Assembly: GCA_964005815.1 (NCBI GenBank)
Contig: CAXFSR010000017.1
Location: 160,001 to 224,000, forward strand
Direction: 5' to 3'
Length of the DNA stretch: 64,000 bases
DNA from: an uncultured Nitrospinaceae bacterium
GTDB taxonomy: Bacteria > UBA8248
The notes under the pieces were generated by a model that saw only the letters and a list, made by a program, of their open reading frames with translations, was not told where the DNA came from and did no database searches. Below, in pieces: positions 10,684-20,709 of this stretch. Every line of letters begins with the position of its first letter. The stretch's first letter is position 1. A program made the position numbers and the translations under genes.

Positions 10684-11064
10684 TTACTTTTTACTCAAAC
10701 CAAAAGTCGCAAGAAAAAGGAAAATCCATCCTATTAAAAATGCGGTACCTCCTACTGGAGCAACAAGTACCAAGGCACGAGAACCAGTAGAACCAAGTAT
10801 ATACAAAGACCCTGAAAACAGAATAGTTCCAATCACAAAAAACCATCCAGAAACGTTCAAAAAACGGGAAGGATATCGTTCTGAGATTAAGAACACTGCA
10901 ACTAATGCTAAGGCATGATACATTTGGTATTCGGCTGCAGTTTTAAAGGCAGCTAGTTCTTTTGGACCAACCTTTCCTTCTAAGCCATGAGCACCAAATG
11001 CTCCAGCAGCAACGGAAATAAAACCGCTTAATGCAGCAATCGTTAAAAATAACTTTTGATTCAT
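10684..11064 (-). CDS. DUF423 (YgdD/TMEM256) membrane protein
   Basis: GAFGAHGL, YQMYHALAL, LFSGSLY, PVGGTAFLIGW. Confidence 0.92.
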   Translation of the reverse strand: MNQKLFLTIAALSGFISVAAGAFGAHGLEGKVGPKELAAFKTAAEYQMYHALALVAVFLISERYPSRFLNVSGWFFVIGTILFSGSLYILGSTGSRALVLVAPVGGTAFLIGWIFLFLATFGLSKK

Positions 11065-11085
11065 TTCTAACCTCTTGGAAGCATA

Positions 11086-11841
11086 TTATACCGCCGTAAA
11101 ACCGCCATCAATTAATAGATCTGACCCTGTCATAAAAGAAGATTCATCACTAGCGAGGAACACGGCTCCCGGGGATATTTCATCAGGACGTCCTAAACGA
11201 TCAAACAGAGTGAAATTATTTTGACGTGCATGCTCTACATTATCATAATTTTTTACATAACGACCGGTTTCTATCGGTCCGGGAGAAATAGTATTACAAC
11301 GTATTCCCTGTTTTGCATGATCTAGGGCGATTGCTCGTGCCATATTAATCAATCCTCCTTTAGCGCCGCAGTACCAAGGTCTTCCAGGTCTTGCTACTCG
11401 ACCCAATTGAGAAGCTATCAATATAATGCTGCCTCCTCCGTCTTTTTCCATTTCAGGAATAGCGTGTTTAGAAAACAGAAAAGAACTGTTGAAATTCACA
11501 TCCATTACTCGTCGCCAATCCTCCGCATCTATCTCTGTCAAAGGACCATGCTCAAGATCCATAATTGCGTTACTTACAAGAACGTTAAGTCCCCCGAAAG
11601 AATCAACCGCTAATTTCACAGCATCTTCGGCCGCACTTTCTTGAGAAACATCTCCAACCATAGCTATTGCTTTACCACCATCCTCTCTTATTTTTGCAGT
11701 AGTCTGATTTGCAGATTCTTCATTAATATCCATACAAATTACGGCAGCACCTTCTTTTGCAAAATCGAAACAGATAGCGCTTCCTATGCCACCACCTGCT
11801 CCTGTCACGATTGCTTTCTTATTTTTTAATCGCATATGCAT
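11086..11841 (-). CDS. SDR-family NAD(P)-dependent oxidoreductase
   Basis: TGAGGGIG, YCGAK, IRCNTISPG, GSDLLIDGG. Confidence 0.92.
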   Translation of the reverse strand: MHMRLKNKKAIVTGAGGGIGSAICFDFAKEGAAVICMDINEESANQTTAKIREDGGKAIAMVGDVSQESAAEDAVKLAVDSFGGLNVLVSNAIMDLEHGPLTEIDAEDWRRVMDVNFNSSFLFSKHAIPEMEKDGGGSIILIASQLGRVARPGRPWYCGAKGGLINMARAIALDHAKQGIRCNTISPGPIETGRYVKNYDNVEHARQNNFTLFDRLGRPDEISPGAVFLASDESSFMTGSDLLIDGGFTAV

Positions 11842-11979
11842 TTCCTTTTTTTTCTATTTTTTTAAAAACGTAACAAAATATTTTCTAAGTGATTTATAAA
11901 ATATATATCCTAGGAAAATATGAAACAATGAATAATAATATACATATACTACTAAATTATTTTTTTGGATATAAAATTA

Positions 11980-12333
11980 ATGAAAGAAAAAGAACAAGTC
12001 TTTAGAGTTGGCGGATTTTGGCGTTGGTTATTCTCTATGATAACTTGGGGTTCATCTGGAGATTTCACATATAATGATGAAGGAATTGAGTATAAAAGCA
12101 ATGTCATGAACTTTGGTGGTCATTTCAAAGCAAATTGGAATGAAATACGAATAATTTCCAAGGGGAAATTCCTTGATTTCATTTTTTTTCCACGCGAATG
12201 CGAAAAAATAGAATTGCAGAACGGTAGAGTTCTAAAAGTAAAATGGCAAACACCATTGTCATTTGAAAACAAAAGCAACAGAGATATTTTTTTCAACTAC
12301 GCTCAAAAGAAAGGGATTAAAATAAAAGATTAG
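11980..12333 (+). CDS. Hypothetical protein
   Basis: Only long ORF in the gap; ATG at 11980 preferred to TTG at 11965; no recognisable motif. Confidence 0.55.
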   Translation: MKEKEQVFRVGGFWRWLFSMITWGSSGDFTYNDEGIEYKSNVMNFGGHFKANWNEIRIISKGKFLDFIFFPRECEKIELQNGRVLKVKWQTPLSFENKSNRDIFFNYAQKKGIKIKD

Positions 12334-12338
12334 GATTC

Positions 12339-12650
12339 CTATTCATAAGAGCAACAATAATCCGTAATTTGATGAATTCTCACATTAAAGGTACTAGTTG
12401 CAGGAACATCAAAAGTCTCCCCTTCTACTATTCTCACCCAATTAGATTGTCTGGGTAGGAGAACATCAAGTTCTCCATTTAAAATTTCCATCTGCTCTTT
12501 TTTCTGGGTACTAAATTCATATTCGCCAGGCAACATAACCCCAAGAGTTTTAATTGTTCCATCTGAAAATTTTACAGTATGACTAATAACTTGTCCTTCA
12601 AAATAAATATTTGCTTCCTTTACAATAGAAACGTTATCAAATTCTGTCAT
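12339..12650 (-). CDS. ppnP: Pyrimidine/purine nucleoside phosphorylase (DUF1255)
   Basis: ANIYFEGQVIS, KTLGVMLPGEYEFST, E.MEI, DYCCSY; GGAG RBS. Confidence 0.92.
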   Translation of the reverse strand: MTEFDNVSIVKEANIYFEGQVISHTVKFSDGTIKTLGVMLPGEYEFSTQKKEQMEILNGELDVLLPRQSNWVRIVEGETFDVPATSTFNVRIHQITDYCCSYE

Positions 12651-12697
12651 TTTCCACTCCCTAAATTTACTTTTAGTTACTTTCTAACTTCTCATAA

Positions 12698-13663
12698 TTA
12701 TACAAAATCATGTTTTTGATTAATTTGCATCAAAAATGCATGAATTGTTTTGGTAGTAGGAACAGAAATACCATGCTTTGCTGCATATCGTATAACGGCG
12801 CCCGTCATGGCATCCGCTTCCAGAGGATTCCCTGCTAGTTTGTCTGCAAGCATGGATGTAGTTCCATCAGGAGGCTGTCCATGAATTCGTTCTATCACCT
12901 TCTCTGCAAAATCTAGTGGCAATTTAGCTCCTTCTGCTCTTCCAACTTCCGCACATTCTTTTGTCAGTTCATAACACACGTTCGACACAGAAGGCTCTGA
13001 TACAATTCCTCTACCTGCAGACGTTATCGCTGTTGCAGGACCAGCAGCCACATTGACGCATAGCTTACTCCAAGTCTCAGTAGTGAAATCAGTAGTTAAT
13101 TCGACAGAAAGATCCGTCTTAGAAAAGATATCCTGCAAGTCCCTTCCCTCTTCTGAATCTGAAGCAATCAGTTTTGCATGAGAATTCTGCGTAACTTCAC
13201 CCGGTGAAAATCTATCAGCCGGACAATTAACTACTACCGGAAGTATTTTTGCTCCAAAAGAAAAAGGAGCAACTCTCTCGAAATGCTCGACACCGTTTTG
13301 TAAAACTGCTATTGATGCTTTTGAACCACACAGTGCACGCAACCAACCAGATGCACCCTCAACTTGATGCCCTTTTACCGCAAGAAGAATCCAGTCAACT
13401 GGGGATACTTTGCTTGGATCTGTTTCACAGCGAACAGGACAGGAAATCTCATTTAAAGAAATATTTCGCACCTTCTCTTCTATATTTTTTCTTTTAGTGG
13501 GATGCATGTCTACGCGCATATCTTGACCAGAAGGGAGCGTGACCTTAACCAAATCGAATGGAGTTCTCACACAGAAAATGACTTCATGGCTTGTAAAAAA
13601 AGCCAACCTAGCACCAAAAACACAACCTATTGCACCAGCTCCAACTACTGCTATTTTAGACAT
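12698..13663 (-). CDS. panE: Ketopantoate reductase family (PanE/ApbA)
   Basis: VVGAGAIG, LLAVK, LQNGVEH, WSKLCVN, TSMLAD…PLEADA. Confidence 0.82.
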   Translation of the reverse strand: MSKIAVVGAGAIGCVFGARLAFFTSHEVIFCVRTPFDLVKVTLPSGQDMRVDMHPTKRKNIEEKVRNISLNEISCPVRCETDPSKVSPVDWILLAVKGHQVEGASGWLRALCGSKASIAVLQNGVEHFERVAPFSFGAKILPVVVNCPADRFSPGEVTQNSHAKLIASDSEEGRDLQDIFSKTDLSVELTTDFTTETWSKLCVNVAAGPATAITSAGRGIVSEPSVSNVCYELTKECAEVGRAEGAKLPLDFAEKVIERIHGQPPDGTTSMLADKLAGNPLEADAMTGAVIRYAAKHGISVPTTKTIHAFLMQINQKHDFV

Positions 13664-13687
13664 TATACCTCGTAAAACTGATATTGG

Positions 13688-14026
13688 TTAAACACATCCA
13701 GGTCCTCTCACTTCTTGATCTGATGCATTTTCTGGAACTAAACTCGCAAGAAACCTTTGAGGATCTTTTTCAAACTCTTCGCTCATAGATTGCAATTGGG
13801 AAAGCAACAATTCTTTTTTCATCAAACCAATTTTATAAATTCCTATAGGATTTACAAGTTTCATGAAATAATGATTGGGAGCACCATATTCTACTGAACA
13901 ATTCGAAGGTTTCTGAGCCACCAATAACTGATCCGAAAAAGTATTGACAAATGTAATAAAAATCGGTTCTTCTTTAAGATCATCAGGGATTTCGGGAAAT
14001 CGAGATACAATTTCTTCAACCAACAT
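13688..14026 (-). CDS. Hypothetical protein ending GPGCV
   Basis: ORF inside a co-directional run; ATG at 14026 has an AAGGAG RBS (track start TTG 14050 also possible). Confidence 0.7.
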   Translation of the reverse strand: MLVEEIVSRFPEIPDDLKEEPIFITFVNTFSDQLLVAQKPSNCSVEYGAPNHYFMKLVNPIGIYKIGLMKKELLLSQLQSMSEEFEKDPQRFLASLVPENASDQEVRGPGCV

Positions 14027-14064
14027 GTTTATCTCCTTTCTTATACTCAAAAGATAAAATAATT

Positions 14065-14442
14065 TTAACTATTTTTTTCTTCATCAATTACCTCTTTTAA
14101 TGCCTCGCATCCAGCAATAAGTACCATCATACCACAAGGAGCAAGAATAGATTCAAATGCTTCCAAACATTCCTGATATGTTGCTCCTAATTTAATCGCT
14201 CTTTGCAAATGAAGTTTGATTTGACTGTGAGCAGAAGGATTACGAACTGCAATTGCTATAGATATAAATAGTTCACGGAGTTTCTCAGGCATCTCATTCT
14301 CTTTGCCCATGATATAATCCTTGAGATTTTCATACCGCTCAATAAGTTCAGGATCCATATCGCAAAGAAGTTCAAATGAAGGAAACACAAATCCTCTTTT
14401 CGAGAGCATTTCTTCATATTTTTTTCTTCCAATTTTATCCAT
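14065..14442 (-). CDS. Carboxymuconolactone decarboxylase/AhpD-like family protein
   Basis: PEKLRELFISIAIA…HLQRAIKLGATYQECLE pattern; no CxxC. Confidence 0.85.
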   Translation of the reverse strand: MDKIGRKKYEEMLSKRGFVFPSFELLCDMDPELIERYENLKDYIMGKENEMPEKLRELFISIAIAVRNPSAHSQIKLHLQRAIKLGATYQECLEAFESILAPCGMMVLIAGCEALKEVIDEEKNS

Positions 14443-14463
14443 GAAATCACTCTACCTCATTAT

Positions 14464-15210
14464 TTAATCTGTATAATAGCCACCATTAACATCAAATGCT
14501 TCTCCTGTAATATGTGCTGTTTCTTCACTTGCTAAAAAAAGAGTGGCAGAAACAATTTCCTTAGGCATTGCAAATCTTCCCATTGGATGTTTAGCCAAAG
14601 AAGCTTTCAAAGTATTTGCATCAAATTGGCTCATCATATGTCCATCTATAGGACCTGGAACTAAACAATTCACTGTAACTTTGGTTTTCGCAAATTCTCT
14701 AGCTAGATTAAATGTCATAGCTAAAATTCCACCCTTGCACGCACCATAAGTCAGGTTCGTGCCTATTCCTCCATGTTTTCCTGCACCTGAACCAAATAAA
14801 ATAATTCTACCTGAAGCAGACTCACATAAAAAAGGAAAAGACTCTTGTATGAAAAAATAGGGCGCAAGTAAATTAATATTTAAAGCATATTTCCAGTCAC
14901 TTTCACTGAGAGACAAAGGATCATTTACTTGCATATATGCTGCTGTGTGAATAAAGATATCACATCCTCCTAACCAATTCAGACTCTGTTGCGCAATATC
15001 CTTAATTTGTTCTGTTTGATTAAAATCAATAGAAACATATTTCGCAGTTCCTTTTATATCTTCCATAGCGTTGACTTTCTCGGGACTTCTTCCCACACCA
15101 AAAAGCTTCGCTCCAGACTTCAAAAAAGAATTCGCAAGAACACTTCCAACATCACCTGTCACTCCAGTGAGAAGAACTTTTTTCCCTTTAAAATCAAAAT
15201 CAAGTGACAA
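14464..15210 (-). CDS. SDR-family oxidoreductase (FabG-like)
   Basis: TGVTGDVG, YGACK, VNCLVPG, GEAFDVNGG. Confidence 0.88.
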   Translation of the reverse strand: MSLDFDFKGKKVLLTGVTGDVGSVLANSFLKSGAKLFGVGRSPEKVNAMEDIKGTAKYVSIDFNQTEQIKDIAQQSLNWLGGCDIFIHTAAYMQVNDPLSLSESDWKYALNINLLAPYFFIQESFPFLCESASGRIILFGSGAGKHGGIGTNLTYGACKGGILAMTFNLAREFAKTKVTVNCLVPGPIDGHMMSQFDANTLKASLAKHPMGRFAMPKEIVSATLFLASEETAHITGEAFDVNGGYYTD

Positions 15211-15323
15211 AGAACTTTCCCCTTATAAAAAAAACGTGTAAAAAGAATAAAGGATCGTCGCTATTGTTTTATAAAACAAAAACCGTTACTCAGTATACCT
15301 TAAAATTCACTTCAGGAGTTTTC

Positions 15324-16589
15324 ATGAATATAGTAGAAGATCTTGAAAAAAGAGGACTACTACACGATTACACAGACAATCCAGAAATGATCGATGCACT
15401 TTCCAAGAAATCTGTAAGTGTATACTGTGGTTTTGATCCTACAGCAACTAGCCTCCATATTGGAAGTCTCATGCCGATTATCTCCCTCGCAAGATTCCAG
15501 AAATATGGACATACTCCAATCTTACTTATTGGGGGCGGTACAGGAATGATCGGAGATCCTTCTGGCAAGTCTGAAGAGAGGAATCTTCTTGATGGAGAAA
15601 TTTTAGAAAAAAATATAGCGGGTATTACATCTCAGTTACAAAACTTAATTGATTTTGATTGTGGAACAAACTCCGCAAAGATTTTAAATAATAATAGTTG
15701 GCTTAGCAAAATGAACATGATTGAATTCTTAAGAGATATTGGAAAGAATTTTTCAATAGGATACATGATGTCAAAAGAATCTGTGAAGAACCGAATAAAC
15801 GAACGTGGTATTTCCTACACAGAATTTACATACATGATTCTTCAAGCCTACGATTTTCTTCACTTATTCGATACCGAAAAATGTCAATTGCAAATAGGTG
15901 GATCAGACCAATGGGGAAACATAACTGCGGGAATTGAATTGATTCGTAGAATGAGAGCACAAAACTTATGGGGCATTACATTTCCTTTAATCACAACTTC
16001 AAGCGGAAGAAAGTTTGGAAAAACTGAAAAAGGAAATATTTGGCTAGACCCTAAACTAACCAGTCCATATCGTTTTTATCAATACTGGATACAAACAAAC
16101 GACGACGATGTTATTAAATTCCTATCTTTCTTTACTTTCCTCACAGAAAAGGAAATTAAAGAAATTGGAACCTCACAAAAAGAAAACCCGGAAAAAAGAG
16201 AAGCACAACTTGAACTTGCAAGGCTAGTCACTTCTTTTGTACATGGAAACTCTGCAACAGAAAGCGCATTGAGAGTTTCCGATTTACTTTTCACAGGTAA
16301 TATAGATGGGATAAGTGAGGAAGATTTAGTTTCTGTCACTAATGAAATGCCTCATACTGTGTACGAAAACGATTGTCCAATTTTGCTAATAGATATCTTA
16401 ACCGAAACAGGTATGTCTAAATCGAAGAGTATGTCTCGAAAGGATATTGCAGGAGGAGGAATTTATCTCAACAACGAAAGAATCACAGAAGAAAAAACAG
16501 AAATTTTGGACAAACAACTTCTTTTTGGAAAATACTTCCTGCTTAGAAAAGGAAAGAAAAATTATCACTTAGTTGAAATAAAAAATTAG
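15324..16589 (+). CDS. tyrS: Tyrosine--tRNA ligase
   Basis: YCGFDPTATSLHIGS, QIGGSDQWGNI, KFGKT, C-terminal S4 domain; ATG at 15324 with AGGAG RBS (track start 15204 overlaps the divergent gene). Confidence 0.97.
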   Translation: MNIVEDLEKRGLLHDYTDNPEMIDALSKKSVSVYCGFDPTATSLHIGSLMPIISLARFQKYGHTPILLIGGGTGMIGDPSGKSEERNLLDGEILEKNIAGITSQLQNLIDFDCGTNSAKILNNNSWLSKMNMIEFLRDIGKNFSIGYMMSKESVKNRINERGISYTEFTYMILQAYDFLHLFDTEKCQLQIGGSDQWGNITAGIELIRRMRAQNLWGITFPLITTSSGRKFGKTEKGNIWLDPKLTSPYRFYQYWIQTNDDDVIKFLSFFTFLTEKEIKEIGTSQKENPEKREAQLELARLVTSFVHGNSATESALRVSDLLFTGNIDGISEEDLVSVTNEMPHTVYENDCPILLIDILTETGMSKSKSMSRKDIAGGGIYLNNERITEEKTEILDKQLLFGKYFLLRKGKKNYHLVEIKN

Positions 16590-16601
16590 TGTTTTGAAAA
16601 A

Positions 16602-17966
16602 TTACTTAGATAGTTCTTCTAAAATTGCAATCTTCATATCTTCTTCATCACCATCGAAATTTTCAAATATATAATTGGAGACCATAATCTTTACTTTCTG
16701 AATATGCTGTTGAAAATCCTCCAAATACCTCGACACCCCAAACCGAAGATTTTTCTCTTGGTCTTGAACGAAAATGTCCAAGCGTATATCTCTTTGTATC
16801 AATAAATTCATTGCACACAGGAGTTCTTTTTTTTCATTAAGATCAAAAATAATTTTCCTTTCAATTTCACCTCCAAAAACTAGTCGAAGAATAAATTTCG
16901 AATCTGATAAAAAATCAGGAGCCAGAAACCGAACATTTGTGAATTCAACTCTTGAATTTGCGTGTATTCCCACAATAAGATACGTATCCATTCCAACAAA
17001 GAATCTGAATAATTCACTTACTTCATTTTGTTTGATTTCATTTTCAAAGAGTTCTGTAATCCAATCGGGCAATCTTTCTCGACCGGGATAGGCAATTGGA
17101 GTTTCGCCTTCATCAAGTAATCTAAGACGGCTTGCCCAAGTTAGGATTGAATCAAAAATCGGAGGGGAAAACGTAACTAGTGCTTTTTCCCATGGCAAAA
17201 TTCCGTCAAGGAATCCTTTCATACTTCTGGTAATCTCATGACAGAAATTTAACACATGAGTAGTTTTTGTTTTATCTTTAATAGAATACAAGTTACTTTT
17301 TACGTATTCTAGAATTTTTACTCTGCTAACTAATTCATTAAAATCAACGTGGTCACATATATCTGTATATCCAGAATAATCATGCTGAATATACTCTGGA
17401 AAAAAAATGGTGATTTGTTCATAAAAATCACTTGATAGAGTTTCTAGACCACGATTGATACTCTGAAGGCGTTTTGAAAAATTTTTCGCTTTTTCAATCG
17501 TAAAACGAACGGCATCTGCGTCTTCTATTTTCCAAAATTCTCTCAATTCATCTTTCATTTGCTCTTCATTTAGATTTTCCTTTGCTAGTCTAACAGTCAA
17601 AAGACTAAAGAAAGCATCCCTAGCTAATGCAAGTGATGACAACTTGCCAGGAGTGGAACTCAAAGAAGTAAGTAAAAGATAAAGTGTCCCAGGTTGAATC
17701 TCAGGACCATTTTTATAAAAAAGGTCTTTTAGATTATTTAAGTCTTTAAAAACTACATCAAAAGTTAATCCACTTAAAAGTCTTAGGCTTGCGAATGAGA
17801 GGGGGAGAACTTCTTCATATATTGCAATTTCTCCTGTATCTTTAAAGAAAGAAACGTGAATCATTTCTCTTATTTCTGATTCAACCGGACCAAAACTTTT
17901 TTCTAAATAAAAAATTGACCTTTTACTGATCCAATTCAACAAATCGTCGTTCTTAATTATTTGCAT
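16602..17966 (-). CDS. Hypothetical protein (454 aa)
   Basis: Long ORF at the end of the moaB-coaD-aminotransferase run; no recognisable motif. Confidence 0.75.
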   Translation of the reverse strand: MQIIKNDDLLNWISKRSIFYLEKSFGPVESEIREMIHVSFFKDTGEIAIYEEVLPLSFASLRLLSGLTFDVVFKDLNNLKDLFYKNGPEIQPGTLYLLLTSLSSTPGKLSSLALARDAFFSLLTVRLAKENLNEEQMKDELREFWKIEDADAVRFTIEKAKNFSKRLQSINRGLETLSSDFYEQITIFFPEYIQHDYSGYTDICDHVDFNELVSRVKILEYVKSNLYSIKDKTKTTHVLNFCHEITRSMKGFLDGILPWEKALVTFSPPIFDSILTWASRLRLLDEGETPIAYPGRERLPDWITELFENEIKQNEVSELFRFFVGMDTYLIVGIHANSRVEFTNVRFLAPDFLSDSKFILRLVFGGEIERKIIFDLNEKKELLCAMNLLIQRDIRLDIFVQDQEKNLRFGVSRYLEDFQQHIQKVKIMVSNYIFENFDGDEEDMKIAILEELSK

Positions 17967-17984
17967 AGGAGTGACCCTATTTCT

Positions 17985-18188
17985 TCACTTTTTTTGATTA
18001 GTAGAGATTGCAGAAGATTCAGGCAAAAAACGATTCTGTATAATTCTTCCAGAATAGAAAAGAAGTATCGCTGTAGCCAGAAAAATTAACTGAATTCCAT
18101 AAGATGCGGGATTATACATCCCCCATATAAGAGCTACACAGCAGTCAATCATAGCAATAAATTGGAGAATTCGTGAGAAAATATACAT
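17985..18188 (-). CDS. Small two-helix membrane protein
   Basis: Start overlaps the upstream stop (TAATG coupling); two hydrophobic segments. Confidence 0.65.
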   Translation of the reverse strand: MYIFSRILQFIAMIDCCVALIWGMYNPASYGIQLIFLATAILLFYSGRIIQNRFLPESSAISTNQKK

Positions 18189-19384
18189 TATTTAAGCATA
18201 CTAACAGCAGTTCTAATCCTATCAATTCCCTCTAAGATATTCTCTGTTGAGGTGGCATATGAGAAACGTATAAAATTGTCATCTCCAAACCCAGCACCAG
18301 GAACGGCAGCACATCTGGCATGTTCTAAGAAGAAAAGACCAACATCTACAGAATTTTGAAGAATTCCCTCCGGCCCTTCCAACCCAAAAAGACCGTTAAT
18401 TCTTGGAAAAACATAAAATGCGCCCTTGGGCATGACAACATCAATCCCATCTATACTACGAAGTCCTTCAACAATTTTCTTTCTTCTTTCATCATACTTA
18501 CTTATCCAGTCATTAAGAAAGTCATGAGACCCTTGTAGTGCAGCAATTCCACCATACTGAGCAAACGTAGTGACATTACTTGTACTTTGTCCTTGCAAAG
18601 TATCCATAGCTTTAATTATTTCAGGTGGACCCAGAGTATATCCCATTCTCCAACCAGTCATCGCGTAAGTTTTTGAGAATCCATCCAAAATTAATGATTT
18701 ATTCTTCATCTCTTCAGAGATACTGGCGATAGAAACATGTTCCTCTCCATCATATAAAATCTTCCCGTAAATCTCATCAGAAAGAATCATTGCATTAGAG
18801 TCTAAGATAACTCTAGAAAGTTCTTCTAACTCAGTTTTTGTATAAACACACCCTGTAGGATTACAGGGACTATTGATAACAACTAATTTTGTCTTTGGAG
18901 TAATAGCCTTTTTAAAATCTTCTGCTGTTGCTTTAAAAGCATTCTCTTCTTTCGCTTCCACTAGGACAACTTTTGCTCCAGTAAGATTCGCAACTGGTTC
19001 ATAAGCAACCCAAATAGGTGATGGAATAACAACCTCATCGCCTTCCTCAAGAAGACAATGAAGTGCATTAAAAACAGATTGTTTCCCTCCAACTGTTACA
19101 ACTACCTCTTTCTCAGAATCATAAGAAATGCCCTTATTATCAAGAACCCAATTACATATCTCCTCTCTCAGTGAGGGAATACCCTTTACAGCAGTATATT
19201 TAGTCTGCCCATCAAAAAGAGCTTTAGATGCAGCTTCTTTGATATGAACTGGAGTATCGAAATCCGGCTCTCCAGCTGCAAATGAAATAACGTCTACACC
19301 TTTTGCTCTCAATTCTCCAGCCTTCGTATTCATTGCAAGCGTTGGAATCGGAGGTAATTTTTCCATCCTTGATGATAATTTCAT
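18188..19384 (-). CDS. Aspartate aminotransferase (class I PLP-dependent)
   Basis: AGEPDFDTP, NSPCNPTG, SDEIY, GFSKTYAMTGWRMGY; ATG at 19384 has a GGAG RBS. Confidence 0.93.
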   Translation of the reverse strand: MKLSSRMEKLPPIPTLAMNTKAGELRAKGVDVISFAAGEPDFDTPVHIKEAASKALFDGQTKYTAVKGIPSLREEICNWVLDNKGISYDSEKEVVVTVGGKQSVFNALHCLLEEGDEVVIPSPIWVAYEPVANLTGAKVVLVEAKEENAFKATAEDFKKAITPKTKLVVINSPCNPTGCVYTKTELEELSRVILDSNAMILSDEIYGKILYDGEEHVSIASISEEMKNKSLILDGFSKTYAMTGWRMGYTLGPPEIIKAMDTLQGQSTSNVTTFAQYGGIAALQGSHDFLNDWISKYDERRKKIVEGLRSIDGIDVVMPKGAFYVFPRINGLFGLEGPEGILQNSVDVGLFFLEHARCAAVPGAGFGDDNFIRFSYATSTENILEGIDRIRTAVSMLK

Positions 19385-19403
19385 TTCAAAAAACTCCAAA
19401 TTT

Positions 19404-19889
19404 TTATATATTGAATTGATCTTTCAAAGAACTGAAAACTGAAGAAGGAACCATAGAACTCACATCTCCTCCCAAAGATGCAACTTCCTTCACTATACTC
19501 GAACTAAGAAAACTATATTGTTGACTTGGCATTAAAAAAATCGTCTCAACACTCTCATCTAAATTCCGATTCATTAATGTCATTTGCAGTTCATAATCAA
19601 AATCACTTACAGCCCTTAACCCTCTGATAATTACTTGGGCACCTACCTTTTTTGAAAAACCAACAAGAAGTTCTTTATCAAAACTAACAAAACTCAATCT
19701 TTCTTCATTTTCGAATTCATCCATAAAAAACTGTTTTCTTTGATCAAAGCTAAACATAGGAGTTTTAGCTGGATTGACAGAAATTGCTACTATCACTTTC
19801 TCAAACATGCGGAGACTTCTCCTAACTAAATCTATATGACCGTTAGTAGGAGGGTCAAAAGTCCCAGGATATATTGCGACATTATCCAT
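19404..19889 (-). CDS. coaD: Pantetheine-phosphate adenylyltransferase
   Basis: YPGTFDPPTNGH, IRGLRAVSDFDYE, SSSIVKE. Confidence 0.97.
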   Translation of the reverse strand: MDNVAIYPGTFDPPTNGHIDLVRRSLRMFEKVIVAISVNPAKTPMFSFDQRKQFFMDEFENEERLSFVSFDKELLVGFSKKVGAQVIIRGLRAVSDFDYELQMTLMNRNLDESVETIFLMPSQQYSFLSSSIVKEVASLGGDVSSMVPSSVFSSLKDQFNI

Positions 19890-19999
19890 TGTGAAAGAAA
19901 CCTCTAGTAAAAAAATAAGTTTTTGAGTGCGTTAGACCTTCAAAAATCCATACAAACATATCATCCATTCTTAAAAGATAAAAGGTTTCTAGTAAACTT

Positions 20000-20548
20000 C
20001 TATCTTAAAACTTCCCTTACCATATGACTAATTTCAGGAATTATGATTTTATCTAATGCAGTTCTACAAGCATTACCTGAACCAGGCAAAGTCATTATTA
20101 TTGTGTCATTATAGACTCCAGCAGTTGCGCGTGTGAGGATCGCAGGAGTCCCAATTTCCTGAAAACTAATATTACGAAATAATTCTCCAAATCCCGGCAT
20201 TTCTTTATCTAAAATCGAAACTACAACATCATAGGTAGTATCTCTTTTTGTAATACCAGTCCCACCATTTGTGAGTATTACTTGCACAGAAGCATTTTTC
20301 GAAAATTCCTCAATCGAAGACCGGATTTGATCTGGTTCATCTTTTACTATCTTATAAAAATCTGCTTTATGACCATTTTCGACTAATGAATTAATTATTA
20401 ATCTTCCGCTAGTATCATTTTCTTCATTTCTAGTATCACTGACAGTAATGATTGCGCAATTGACTCCCTGTGGACCTTCTGCTTTATGTTCATTGTACGT
20501 TTTTTTATTTACGGCATTTTCTATCTCAGAACGAGATGGATTTTTCAT
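20000..20548 (-). CDS. moaB: Molybdenum cofactor biosynthesis protein B
   Basis: ITVSDTR, TNGGTGITKRD, PGFGELFR, LPGS. Confidence 0.93.
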   Translation of the reverse strand: MKNPSRSEIENAVNKKTYNEHKAEGPQGVNCAIITVSDTRNEENDTSGRLIINSLVENGHKADFYKIVKDEPDQIRSSIEEFSKNASVQVILTNGGTGITKRDTTYDVVVSILDKEMPGFGELFRNISFQEIGTPAILTRATAGVYNDTIIMTLPGSGNACRTALDKIIIPEISHMVREVLR

Positions 20549-20709
20549 AAAGGGATTCCTTATATTAAGAATTCTGTTTTTTTCATCAAAAACTAAACAA
20601 TGATTAAGATAAATTAACTTTTAATGACAAGCAAATACATTTACTGAGGATTTAGTGGTAAAATAGAGAAAATTTAGTTTAAATTTCTACATTTTGGGAG
20701 ATAAAGTCT

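Noticed and set aside
15204..15323. 40-aa N-terminal extension of TyrS, or a T-box leader
   Set aside because: The extension overlaps the divergent SDR start and ATG 15324 has a clear AGGAG RBS; the spacer is too short and has no T-box consensus
19896..19990. AGAAACCT…AGGTTTCT long-range inverted repeat between moaB and coaD as a possible ncRNA
   Set aside because: Only 8-bp arms with poor internal pairing in AT-rich DNA; no resemblance to a known RNA family
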